Part shown: piece after piece, positions 1 to 8,642 of the stretch
How the letters are laid out: every line of letters begins with the position of its first letter
How positions within the stretch are numbered: the first letter of the stretch is position 1
Translations under genes and position numbers: made by a program
Virus record (IMG/VR): IMGVR_UViG_3300045988_107676
Coordinates: 1-39,990 of that record
Origin: a virus
Reading direction: 5' to 3' (one strand)
DNA length: 39,990 nt
The notes under the pieces: generated by a model
Seen by the model: only the letters and a program-made list of their open reading frames with translations
The model's database searches: none
What the model was told of the DNA's origin: nothing

Positions 1-119
1 CTCGGCTTTGTTGCCAATGGCACCCAGAGCTTGGTGGTATCAGAGGGAGGATTTGTACCGTAATCAATGTTGAGTTTTACCCCCCCCCAGCTGGTAACAA
101 TTGGATTGCCATAAATTAC
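1..119. repeat. Terminal overlap copy A (identical to 39872..39990)
   Basis: Read base by base: ctcggctttgttgccaatgg...ttggattgccataaattac occurs at both contig ends. Confidence 0.95.
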
Positions 120-121
120 GC

Positions 122-1876
122 TCATGCTGTTACCTCCGTAATCGTAACCTGTACTGTTATGTCTGCGCTCGGCTTATCGCCAATGCATTTGGCCGTAATC
201 GTTCCGTTATTGTTCTCCATCCATATCGCAGATGTGCCGCTGTCGATGAGTACGCCGAGGGAGGTAGCGTCCATTTGGATGTCTACCTTGCTGTTGACGG
301 TGATGCCGCTGATGGTTACCGTCTGCGAAAGGTTGCTCCAAGATGCAGTCGGTAAAGTAACCGAAGCCCGCTTGACCTTGCAAGCATTGATGGCAGTCTG
401 CTGGGCGGTGGAAACAGGCTTATTCATGTCCGATGTGTCATCGACACTCCCAAGACCCACCTGCGCCTTTGTAACCCCGTGAGGGTTGGATTTATCGGTC
501 ACATGGGTATACGGAGCCTGTTTTACATTGTCTACATTGCCAAGGCCCACTTGCGTTTTGGTTACTTCGTGGGGGTTGGTTTTATCTGCAATGTGGGAAG
601 GAACCGCAGCAAGGGACGAATTGAATGCCGTCTCCGTACCGATGTACCCGCTTTCTACTGCGGTTTGGTATGCGGACTTGCCGTCTGCACCAGCAACACC
701 AGCGGGGCCTTGCGGGCCTTCGGGGCCTACTACTCCCTGTGGCCCCTGAATGCCCTGCGGGCCTTGTGCGCCGTCTCTCCCTGCCGGGCCTGTCGCTCCT
801 TCCTTCCCCTGCGGTCCCTGAATACCCTGCGGGCCTTGCGGACCGATGGGGCCTTGCAATGCGCCGACACTCACCCAATCGTTTGCGGTCTCGCTCCAGA
901 TGTAGCACTCGCCGTTCTCACGGACAAAGTACATCTTGGTATCTCCGTTCGGGATTGCATTCTTGAGAGCCGCTACGGTCGGATAGCTGTCCTCGATATA
1001 CAGGCTGGTTCCGTCTTTCCCTGCGGGGCCCACGGGGCCTTGCGGCCCAACAGGCCCTTCAGGGCCCTGCACGCCCCTCGGCCCTTCCGCACCAGTAGCG
1101 CCGGGGTCGCCCTTCTCACCATTTGGGCCTTGGATGCCTTGGATGCCCTGTAAGCCCTGCGGGCCTCTTGCGCCCTGTGCGCCCTGTGCGCCCTGTACGC
1201 CCTGCGGGCCTTGCGGGCCTCTCACGCTGACGGACTGCGGAGCAATGGCGGTGTCTTGGATGGTAAAGGACATGATGCCGTTTGCGTCCACGCTCGGTAC
1301 GATGACAGGCCCTGTTGCACCGATGTCGCCCTTGTCGCCTTTCTCGCCCTGTACGCCTTGAGGGCCTTGGTCGCCCTTGTCGCCCTTCAAACTGGTGATG
1401 ATGGTCTGCGTTCCATCGTCCGAGACAACACCGTTCGTGAATTTCATGCGGCTGCGCTGCGGAGCGATCGTGCCGTCAGGCTTAACGATGACATGGCCGG
1501 AGGAGCCGGTCGCTTCCCATACCACGCCGTCTTCGCTCGTCTCAAGCACCTTATCGCCGTTGAGACGGATGTATTTCACATTGCCGGAGATGAGTCTTTT
1601 CTCAAGTTCGGCCTGCACCGTGCTGGCCACGCCGTTTGCATCAGCAGCTCCTACACTCGCAGCAGCGGTCAATGCCTTGAGCGCATCCACAAGGCTGTTG
1701 TACGCAGGGATGACGACCTCACGCACAACCGCTTCTACCGAGTATTGCATCTCGCTGGCAGAAAGGTTCGGGGTGGTATCCTGCCCGATTACACCGACTC
1801 TTTCCCCAGCGCTATCAGTAAATATCGCATCCTTGGTATACTCGTTCCCATCGGATGCTTTGATTTTCTCAAACAT
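122..1876 (-). CDS. Collagen-like tail fibre protein
   Basis: 584 aa with three long uninterrupted Gly-X-Y blocks (for example GPQGPQGVQGAQGAQGARGPQGLQGIQGIQGPNGEKGDPGATGAEGPRG...). It has two NPH-x-VTK-x-QVGLG-x-VD fibre repeats. An AGGGGG RBS lies upstream, and it sits after the tail-body genes. Confidence 0.85.
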   Translation of the reverse strand: MFEKIKASDGNEYTKDAIFTDSAGERVGVIGQDTTPNLSASEMQYSVEAVVREVVIPAYNSLVDALKALTAAASVGAADANGVASTVQAELEKRLISGNVKYIRLNGDKVLETSEDGVVWEATGSSGHVIVKPDGTIAPQRSRMKFTNGVVSDDGTQTIITSLKGDKGDQGPQGVQGEKGDKGDIGATGPVIVPSVDANGIMSFTIQDTAIAPQSVSVRGPQGPQGVQGAQGAQGARGPQGLQGIQGIQGPNGEKGDPGATGAEGPRGVQGPEGPVGPQGPVGPAGKDGTSLYIEDSYPTVAALKNAIPNGDTKMYFVRENGECYIWSETANDWVSVGALQGPIGPQGPQGIQGPQGKEGATGPAGRDGAQGPQGIQGPQGVVGPEGPQGPAGVAGADGKSAYQTAVESGYIGTETAFNSSLAAVPSHIADKTNPHEVTKTQVGLGNVDNVKQAPYTHVTDKSNPHGVTKAQVGLGSVDDTSDMNKPVSTAQQTAINACKVKRASVTLPTASWSNLSQTVTISGITVNSKVDIQMDATSLGVLIDSGTSAIWMENNNGTITAKCIGDKPSADITVQVTITEVTA

Positions 1877-1879
1877 AGG

Positions 1880-3784
1880 TTACCCCCTGTACTTCTTCGT
1901 TTCTCTGTACTCTACTGCGATGTTCTCGATGCCGAAGGGCTCTGCATTTGCATTGGAGAACCTGAAGCGCACCTTGTCGAGGTTTCGCATATCCAGCTTC
2001 CTGCCCAACACCTTCGGGGTCGTATCCGTACTCCATGTCCACTTCGACCAGTCGATATCGTCCCACGAGAAGAATCTCGCCGTCCTCGCATCGGTCAGAA
2101 TGTCGATCCACTTGCCGCTGCACATTGCAGAGGCGTTTACGCTCGTTCGCACAAACGCAGACAACCTGCAGGCAAGATAGCGGAAGTGCTTGCTGGAATA
2201 GAAGGTCTTTCCATCGATATCGGGAGTCTCCCATTGGCACATAACAGGCTTCATGGTCGTCCCGTCCAAGGTATCGTTGTAGGATGCGGTCGTGGTCTCA
2301 TCGGTGCAAAATTTACACACCTTGCCGTCAGCAGTACCAAAATACAATTCGCCGTTGCTGTCCCATATCACCCTTGCGGGGATACCGGTGAGATAGAAGC
2401 ACTCGTACTGATAATTGGAGTATGGCTCTCCCTGCTCATAATGCTTCTGTAAGAGGTCGAGGACATAGACCCCACTTCCTGCTGCGATGAAGTAAAAGTC
2501 TTTGTGTAGGCAAGCGTAGGCGTTCAAAATGTCGTTCTCGGCCAATAGCTTCGGGTTGATGTAGAAGCTACGGCTCTGCACATATCTTTCGCCTGTCACA
2601 TCGGATGCGGTCAAGGCAAATATGCCTGTCGAGGAAAGGAACAAAGGCTCGTTATCTGTCGGCACGAAGCTATGCGCTGCGATGGCGCCATGCCCCGTGA
2701 TGACATTACCGGTCTTGAAGGCAAAGGTCTCAATGGGGTTGCCCAGCTCGTCTTTTTCGGTTATGGTCGAGCCTGTGCGGACATAGACTGCGCCTGTGGT
2801 TCCGCTTTTGTGCGCTGCAATCCTGTCGCCCACGATGGAGTAGCCTACGATGCGCTCGCTGTCCTCGCCCAAGATTGAGTAGGATAGGTCGGAGAAGTAC
2901 GAGAAATCATTCTGCGCCGACCAGAAGTCACGGTTCTTGAAGTTCGGGTCGCCTGTTACGAACAGCCTCGTCCCGGTCTCGCCGTAGACGATACAGGTAT
3001 CGCAGTTCGTGATACGGCTGCGGCTCTCGCTGCGGTCTTTGGATGCGGTTATATATACATTGTCTGCGCCTGCAAGAGGAGACTTCCCAGGAGCGGCTAC
3101 GAATGTCACGGTGCCGCTGGTGCGGTCTACAGTAAAGTCGGTAGTCTCCACCTTGTCTACGAAGGAACCGTCAGCTTGCAATATCTTTGCCGTTACAGGC
3201 TCGTTATTCAGGTTTTCGAGGGAAAGTTGAAATGTGGTGGAGGTCGCCGTCTTTTCTCCTACATAGAAGCTCTCCGTCCATTTGTCGGACATGAGGTTGA
3301 TGTCCTCGTAGGTGATGCCGCCTGTACCGTCAGGGTTCTTGTTGATGACGATCCTCGGCACATATGCCGTTTCGGATACATTCGCCACCTTGAACGTCCC
3401 GTCATGCGTTACCTTGTAGTAGTGCTTCCCGTCCAGCAGGTACAACGCCTTGTCGAAGTTCTTTGCTACCGAGAAGGCATCGTTCATGTCAGAGGAGATG
3501 AGTTCTATACCTGCGTACAGCTTCGTGCCGGCATGGATGATATCCACACCGTCAAGGGAGTAATGGCCGTTGATGCGGCCATCGTATTCATTGGTTTTGT
3601 AAAAGCCCAAGCGCTTGCGGACTCGACCGGGAGAGGAACGGATCATGTTCTCGCAGTTCGGGCTTCTGCGGGGGTCGATGTTCGTTGCCCCGCTTGAAAA
3701 GTCGCAGCCGTAAAAGTCGTTGATGACTACGCTGCCGGTCTCCATCGCTTTGGTGCTCGGAAACCGCATGGAGGAAAATTTCAT
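1880..3784 (-). CDS. Large virion structural protein (putative tail body/nozzle-like); family not recognised
   Basis: 634-aa ORF with RBS AAGGAGGG, lying between the head genes and the fibre genes. The function is positional inference only. Confidence 0.5.
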   Translation of the reverse strand: MKFSSMRFPSTKAMETGSVVINDFYGCDFSSGATNIDPRRSPNCENMIRSSPGRVRKRLGFYKTNEYDGRINGHYSLDGVDIIHAGTKLYAGIELISSDMNDAFSVAKNFDKALYLLDGKHYYKVTHDGTFKVANVSETAYVPRIVINKNPDGTGGITYEDINLMSDKWTESFYVGEKTATSTTFQLSLENLNNEPVTAKILQADGSFVDKVETTDFTVDRTSGTVTFVAAPGKSPLAGADNVYITASKDRSESRSRITNCDTCIVYGETGTRLFVTGDPNFKNRDFWSAQNDFSYFSDLSYSILGEDSERIVGYSIVGDRIAAHKSGTTGAVYVRTGSTITEKDELGNPIETFAFKTGNVITGHGAIAAHSFVPTDNEPLFLSSTGIFALTASDVTGERYVQSRSFYINPKLLAENDILNAYACLHKDFYFIAAGSGVYVLDLLQKHYEQGEPYSNYQYECFYLTGIPARVIWDSNGELYFGTADGKVCKFCTDETTTASYNDTLDGTTMKPVMCQWETPDIDGKTFYSSKHFRYLACRLSAFVRTSVNASAMCSGKWIDILTDARTARFFSWDDIDWSKWTWSTDTTPKVLGRKLDMRNLDKVRFRFSNANAEPFGIENIAVEYRETKKYRG

Positions 3785-3795
3785 GCTCTCCCTCC

Positions 3796-4653
3796 TTACA
3801 TCATGTATACTGTCTCGATGGTCTGATGCTTCTCCACATCTTCATCGGTCATCGCTCCGACCAGCTCGGCAAATCTGCCTGTGAGGTACTGATTGAGGAG
3901 CAGCGTCTCGTCTATCCCGCTTGTGGCATCAATCGCCAGTCGCAGCGGAACCAAAGGCACTGCCTTCGGCTCTACTTCGATCTCCGCAGAGCCGGGTGCG
4001 CCGGAAAGGGTCGTGTGCCTGTGCTTGTACTGGATGTCAAACTGCCCACGATAGTGATAAGGGATGGCGATGTGGTATTCGTCCAGCCTCCGATAATCGG
4101 AGAAGTCACGGAAGGTCACGCCATCGCCGGAGAACAGGATCTTCACGAGGCCGTTCATCTGCTCCGGAAGCTCGTACCTGTCCCAAGGCGTGTGTTCGGG
4201 GATGTTTTTCGATGGGTAATCATAATACCCTGCATTCCGCACCCAGAAGGGGTACTCGGAGGTGATGCGGATACTGCCCTTGAACGATCCCGAAAACCGC
4301 TTGAAGGAGTCCTCATCGATGGCCTGTGCGACTCCATCAACAGACATCCTCGCATGGCCTGTAATTTCAAGCGAATATGCTTTTGCGTCCGCATTGGAGA
4401 AGGTATACTCCTCGCCTGGATAAAAGCTCTTGCAGGGGAAGAAGCTCCCCTCCATGCATTTGGGAGGCGACTGGACGATGCTCACGGATTTGATGATGGG
4501 GAATTGGGACTCCACCATCGCAACAGCACCGTCCAGCAGGTGTTCCATTCTGTCCTTGTAGTCGGCGATAAAGCCGTTGCTTGCCGCTGCGCCGTTTACG
4601 GTCGCTTCATCCAGCCACCGCAGCGCACCGTTGATGGCATCGTTCTTGTTCAT
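3796..4653 (-). CDS. Virion structural protein (putative head-tail adaptor); family not recognised
   Basis: 285-aa ORF tightly packed between the small post-capsid gene and the 634-aa protein. Assignment is by position only. Confidence 0.4.
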   Translation of the reverse strand: MNKNDAINGALRWLDEATVNGAAASNGFIADYKDRMEHLLDGAVAMVESQFPIIKSVSIVQSPPKCMEGSFFPCKSFYPGEEYTFSNADAKAYSLEITGHARMSVDGVAQAIDEDSFKRFSGSFKGSIRITSEYPFWVRNAGYYDYPSKNIPEHTPWDRYELPEQMNGLVKILFSGDGVTFRDFSDYRRLDEYHIAIPYHYRGQFDIQYKHRHTTLSGAPGSAEIEVEPKAVPLVPLRLAIDATSGIDETLLLNQYLTGRFAELVGAMTDEDVEKHQTIETVYMM

Positions 4654-4657
4654 TCAA

Positions 4658-4903
4658 TCACCCCATGTATCCTGCTTCTTCAAGAATCCGGGCGACTTCT
4701 TCGGGCACATCGACCCATTCGCCACGCTTGATCTGATAGGTATAGCCGTTGATACACACAGGCACTACGACATCTTCTTCGTTCAGCTGGTCCTTCGGCA
4801 GACGGATGCGTACCTTCTTGCCCTTGGCGAGTTCTTCTCCGGTCTCTTTTTCTACGATCTCTCCGATCATGTCGGGGTTGTCGGTCTTTTTGATGTTAGC
4901 CAT
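4658..4903 (-). CDS. Small head-associated protein (hypothetical)
   Basis: 81-aa ORF with an AAAGGA RBS, immediately downstream of the capsid gene and its hairpin. Confidence 0.45.
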   Translation of the reverse strand: MANIKKTDNPDMIGEIVEKETGEELAKGKKVRIRLPKDQLNEEDVVVPVCINGYTYQIKRGEWVDVPEEVARILEEAGYMG

Positions 4904-4924
4904 ATTATGTCCTTTCTGTAAAAG

Positions 4925-4950
4925 AAGGGAGGGGCGTTACCCCCTCCCTT
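4925..4950 (-). terminator. Strong GC hairpin after the major capsid gene (attenuator or mRNA stabiliser)
   Basis: AAGGGAGGGG / CCCCTCCCTT form a 10-bp stem with a 5-6 nt loop, followed on the minus strand by CTTTTAC. It begins 9 nt after the capsid stop. Confidence 0.6.
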
Positions 4951-4958
4951 GTATTTGG

Positions 4959-5888
4959 TTAGGCAGAAGCCATGGACTGAATGCAGACCATCGCCAGCTC
5001 CTGCAGGCGAACGGAAACTGCCATTGCCTTCCAGCCGACAGAGGCACGCTGGTTAAGCGGGTCATCGGTGCCGGCAGAGCCGGTGGGCTTGATGATGATT
5101 TCGGGCTTGGAGGAGCCGTTGACATCCACCACGCCGTAAGCATCCTTGCCTACGATGAGGGTCTTGTGCAGAGTCCCAGCACTGGCGGTCTTGGTGTCGG
5201 TGGGGCACATGGTGGTCAGGATGAAACGGACGCCATGGATGCGGCCGATCTCGCCCTTCATGATGTTCTCGGCGCCGTTGTACTTGGAGATGTCCTGCCA
5301 CAGGGCATCGTTCTGCAGGTCGTAAGCGACATCAGGATCGCAGAAACCGATGTAATAACCGCCCTCTACAGGCTCGGCGTTGTTGTTCCGCAGGGTACGG
5401 ACGGCCTTCTTGATCTCCTCGCTGTTGACTACCTTTCCGGCAGCGATGGCAGAAGCGGAGGCAGCACCACCGGCGTACTGCTGGGAAGTGCCACTGAAGA
5501 TGACATCCGCACAGCGGGTCTCAAGGGTCTTGGCGGCATTTTCGCCCATCAGTGCAGCGGCCTCGGTCAGGACGGGGTCGATGCCGACCATACTGATCTT
5601 GTCGGACATACAAACCCAGTTGCCCTCCTGCTTCACGGTAGCGGTCACAGCGGTGATGGACAGGTTGTCGCCGTCAGGGGTCACGCCCTCGGTCAGGGAA
5701 TTCGCAGGGACATCAAGGGAGTTAAAGCGGCGGAAGTTGATGTTGTCGCCCTTGTTCTTCGGCATGGGGCGCTTCTGACCGTACTTCAGGAAGGTCAGGT
5801 TGGGCAGCAGCCGGGACAGCAGGGTGCGGTCGTAAAAGGTTCTCTGTTCAGCGGTAAGATTACCGTAAGTCTGGGTAGTAGTAGCCAT
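4959..5888 (-). CDS. Major capsid protein, N4-gp56-like (HK97-fold) family
   Basis: The sequence ...FYDRTLLSRLLPNLTFLKYGQKRPMPKNKGDNINFRRFNSLDVPANSLTEGVTPDG... matches my memory of the N4-gp56 capsid family pattern. It follows an acidic scaffold gene. I prefer the ATG at 5888 (MATTTQ...) because the GTG at 5900 overlaps the AAGGAG RBS. Confidence 0.85.
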   Translation of the reverse strand: MATTTQTYGNLTAEQRTFYDRTLLSRLLPNLTFLKYGQKRPMPKNKGDNINFRRFNSLDVPANSLTEGVTPDGDNLSITAVTATVKQEGNWVCMSDKISMVGIDPVLTEAAALMGENAAKTLETRCADVIFSGTSQQYAGGAASASAIAAGKVVNSEEIKKAVRTLRNNNAEPVEGGYYIGFCDPDVAYDLQNDALWQDISKYNGAENIMKGEIGRIHGVRFILTTMCPTDTKTASAGTLHKTLIVGKDAYGVVDVNGSSKPEIIIKPTGSAGTDDPLNQRASVGWKAMAVSVRLQELAMVCIQSMASA

Positions 5889-5903
5889 AGTTTTATACAC
5901 TCC

Positions 5904-6605
5904 TTAATTTCTTAATTCCCCCCGGAGTGCAGCTTGATACAGCTTTTCAAAGTCTTTGTCCGACATCTTCATGTAGTCGGCTTCGGTTTCTGGGCTTTCG
6001 CCCGTCAATGCTCCGGGAGATGCTTGTGCGTTGTTGTTGATTCTTCGGAGCGTGTCTTCCTTTGCCTTGTTTGCAGCATCGTTGGCGAGGTCAAAATAGC
6101 TGTTCGCCAGAATTGTGTTGAACGCTGCATCCACGCTGCAGGGCGTCCCCTGCTGTGTGCAGTAGTCCATCAATTCAACCACTTGGTCTTTGAGCTTCGT
6201 GAATGTCTGCCCTCTTACAGGGTCAGCCTCCAGCTCTCTCATGCGCTCATTGCTCCGCAGGCGGGCAATCTCCGCTTCCAAGGATTGGTTTCGGTAAGCT
6301 GATACGGGGTCGGTTTGGCCGTCCTCGTCCAGCCGCTGCATCGCAACAAAGGCTTCGTACTCCGCCTTTGTGGTGATGGGTCTGTCATTGTCGTAATGGT
6401 TGGTCAGGCCCATGCTACGTACAAAGTCGTCCACGCTCTTTTGGGATGCTTCTTTGATTCTCCGTGACACACGCTGTGTCTCGGTGATCTCCGGCTCCGG
6501 CTCTGTTTCCAGCTCTACCTCCGGCTCGGTTTCCTCTACTGCGGGAGAGGAGTCGATATCTTCTTCGATATCTTCATTTGCAGCAGTCATGATTTCTTCG
6601 TCCAT
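5904..6605 (-). CDS. Scaffolding protein (putative)
   Basis: 233 aa with a highly acidic Glu/Pro-rich N-terminus and a helical, charged remainder. It lies between the portal and capsid genes. Confidence 0.55.
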   Translation of the reverse strand: MDEEIMTAANEDIEEDIDSSPAVEETEPEVELETEPEPEITETQRVSRRIKEASQKSVDDFVRSMGLTNHYDNDRPITTKAEYEAFVAMQRLDEDGQTDPVSAYRNQSLEAEIARLRSNERMRELEADPVRGQTFTKLKDQVVELMDYCTQQGTPCSVDAAFNTILANSYFDLANDAANKAKEDTLRRINNNAQASPGALTGESPETEADYMKMSDKDFEKLYQAALRGELRN

Positions 6606-6663
6606 AAATTCCTTTCTGTGGCGAGGTTCGGTTTGTTCCGTTTAGCAGCCACTTAAAAATTGG

Positions 6664-6840
6664 TTATCCCTCAAAGGGGTTGGTCACATAGGTCGGTGTC
6701 CTGTTGGTGCATTTGGGGTTGATGCACTCCAATTGCAGCTTGATAAATGCCTTGGTCTCCGTGTCGGGGGATTTGTCCCCGGTAAAGGACAGGTATTTGC
6801 CTGTGATCCGCATCTCTGCCTTACAGTTTGGGCACAGCAT
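6664..6840 (-). CDS. Small zinc-ribbon protein (58 aa, below the ORF-track cutoff)
   Basis: My own translation: MLCPNCKAEMRITGKYLSFTGDKSPDTETKAFIKLQLECINPKCTNRTPTYVTNPFEG. GGAGG lies 9 nt upstream, and the ORF overlaps the portal 3-prime end by 20 nt. Confidence 0.5.
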   Translation of the reverse strand: MLCPNCKAEMRITGKYLSFTGDKSPDTETKAFIKLQLECINPKCTNRTPTYVTNPFEG

Positions 6841-8524
6841 TGTTACCGCCTCCTTTGTACTTGTCTAACGGGGTTGGGGCTTTCGGGATATCGGGCAATG
6901 GCACGTCGCCTACTCCCGAAACGCTCTGCAGCCCCTCGATGTTTTCTTCGGGTACTCCGGGCATCCCCATCGGGGTCGGCTGCATCTCACGCATCCGTTT
7001 GAATTTTTCCTTAAACGGCGCAACGTTGGGGTCGGACAGCTCGATGTACTGGTCGATTGTGATATCTCCTCGGTCAAGCATCTTGTCCAGCGTTGCCTGT
7101 GCCAGCACCGCAGAATACTCGGACGAAGCGCCGACATCCACCTGCAGGTCAAAGTCGTACATGGCGTAGTCAGTACCCGTAAACGCTCTGCCTGATACCT
7201 CGTCCCCCATCTCAATGACGATTTCCCTCTTGTCGGAGCAGTATGTTTTGAAAAACTCCATCCAAATGCGGCCGATCTCCTTAACTGCGTGCCAGTATCT
7301 GCGCTGAATCTCGTTGACAGGGGTCTGCGCTTGGTTTTGCAAAGCAATGATTGCGGATGCTGCCATGTTTGCACCCAAGGACTCTCCGGTCGTTACCTCG
7401 GTCGTGCCTGTTACTACACGGGTCAGGTCGATCATGTCGTTGCTGACCTGCGTAGCAGCAGACGAAAACGCCGGAGGCTGCAGGTACGATATCCCGCCGT
7501 TGGAGTAGTCGGTGACGATTTCCCCCGGCTCGTTGGTTAGCGGCTGTCTGATAGCACCCGGCTTTGCCACGATTTTCGGGAAGCCCATCTGCTGGATGGC
7601 CAGCGCCTGCATCCCATACATAAAGTTGATGAGCTTTTGGTTGGGGATAAGCCCCTCGATTTCGCCGATGCCGTAAAAACAGGCTTTACGCAGTTTCCAG
7701 TTGAGCGCCGCCACAGGGTACAGCTTGATGCGGACGGGGCTGCCCTGCGGGGTAAGCGGTACTGCTTTGCATATCTCCACGCTGCGGGTCGCTTTATCAA
7801 ATACGACCTCACCGTTCTTGCGGTAATACTTGGTCAGCACCGTGGCCTTTTCGTTTTCCTTGCCGTCCAGCTCAATTCTCTCGGCCTGATAGGTGCTTGC
7901 ATCCTCAAATTCATCGGGGCAGATGTTTGCCGCCTTTTCTGCCGGCAATCCCCTGTCCTTGGCCATCTTGCGTACAGCGCCCAATTTGAGCCGCTGGGCG
8001 ATGATGAGATAGTCCTGCTTCTGCACATCCCGGAGCTGCGGGTTGGCTACAAAAAAATTGAGAGCATCCACGGTTTCCCCACGAAGCTCCCCCACATATT
8101 TGTCGCCCGTAACGCTGGTGTCCCAGTAAAAGTGCCAGATGCCTGTGCCGTTGGTCGCTGCATCGTCACACGCCTCGTTGCACAGTTTGTCCATGTCTGC
8201 CCTATCCCAGATCGTCCGCGCGTATTCGGTGCAGTTTTCTGCGGCGTCCTGGTGCATCTGGTCAAGGATCTCATCGCCCGTTGCGCTGCCCTGCCGGTAG
8301 ACGATGCTGACAGGCTGGTCAAGCACGCTGGAGCGCTTGCTGCGGACGATCATGTCCACGATGTTAAGGACGGGTCTCGGCAGGTTTTTGGTGCGCTCGG
8401 TCGCTTGCGGCCACTGGTCTCCCTCCTTAAATCGCACAAAGGTCGGGAATTTGGTGCTAAAGCCCATCTTGTTGTGGTACGCTACACCCTCTCGGTATAG
8501 TGTCCACAGGGTTACATCACTCAT
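6821..8524 (-). CDS. Portal protein
   Basis: 567-aa ORF just downstream of terL with a GGAGG RBS. Size and position are typical of a portal. No motif was verified by search. Confidence 0.75.
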   Translation of the reverse strand: MSDVTLWTLYREGVAYHNKMGFSTKFPTFVRFKEGDQWPQATERTKNLPRPVLNIVDMIVRSKRSSVLDQPVSIVYRQGSATGDEILDQMHQDAAENCTEYARTIWDRADMDKLCNEACDDAATNGTGIWHFYWDTSVTGDKYVGELRGETVDALNFFVANPQLRDVQKQDYLIIAQRLKLGAVRKMAKDRGLPAEKAANICPDEFEDASTYQAERIELDGKENEKATVLTKYYRKNGEVVFDKATRSVEICKAVPLTPQGSPVRIKLYPVAALNWKLRKACFYGIGEIEGLIPNQKLINFMYGMQALAIQQMGFPKIVAKPGAIRQPLTNEPGEIVTDYSNGGISYLQPPAFSSAATQVSNDMIDLTRVVTGTTEVTTGESLGANMAASAIIALQNQAQTPVNEIQRRYWHAVKEIGRIWMEFFKTYCSDKREIVIEMGDEVSGRAFTGTDYAMYDFDLQVDVGASSEYSAVLAQATLDKMLDRGDITIDQYIELSDPNVAPFKEKFKRMREMQPTPMGMPGVPEENIEGLQSVSGVGDVPLPDIPKAPTPLDKYKGGGNNAVPKL

Positions 8525-8525
8525 A

Positions 8526-8642
8526 TCAATCCTCCGGGCCGTTAAGCCACTCGCTGAATATCTTTGTTGCGTACTGCTCCTGCGCCTTTGGATCGTCCCC
8601 TAACGCCCACAGGATCAGGCGCTTGAGCCATCGTCTTACCAT
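8526..8642 (-). CDS. Small ORF between terL and portal (38 aa)
   Basis: MVRRWLKRLILWALGDDPKAQEQYATKIFSEWLNGPED. Its ATG overlaps the terL stop (ATGGTAA), and its stop lies 1 nt before the portal ATG. Confidence 0.4.
   Translation of the reverse strand: MVRRWLKRLILWALGDDPKAQEQYATKIFSEWLNGPED

Noticed and set aside
1211-2452. Plus-strand ORFs opposite the structural genes: 1211..2452, 1377..2180, 3826..4731, 4749..5915, 7637..8500 and 35083..35877.
   Set aside because: These are shadow ORFs of the collagen-fibre, tail, capsid, portal and 244-aa genes. They lack start context, and the opposite frame is clearly the coding one (Gly-X-Y repeats, capsid and portal patterns).
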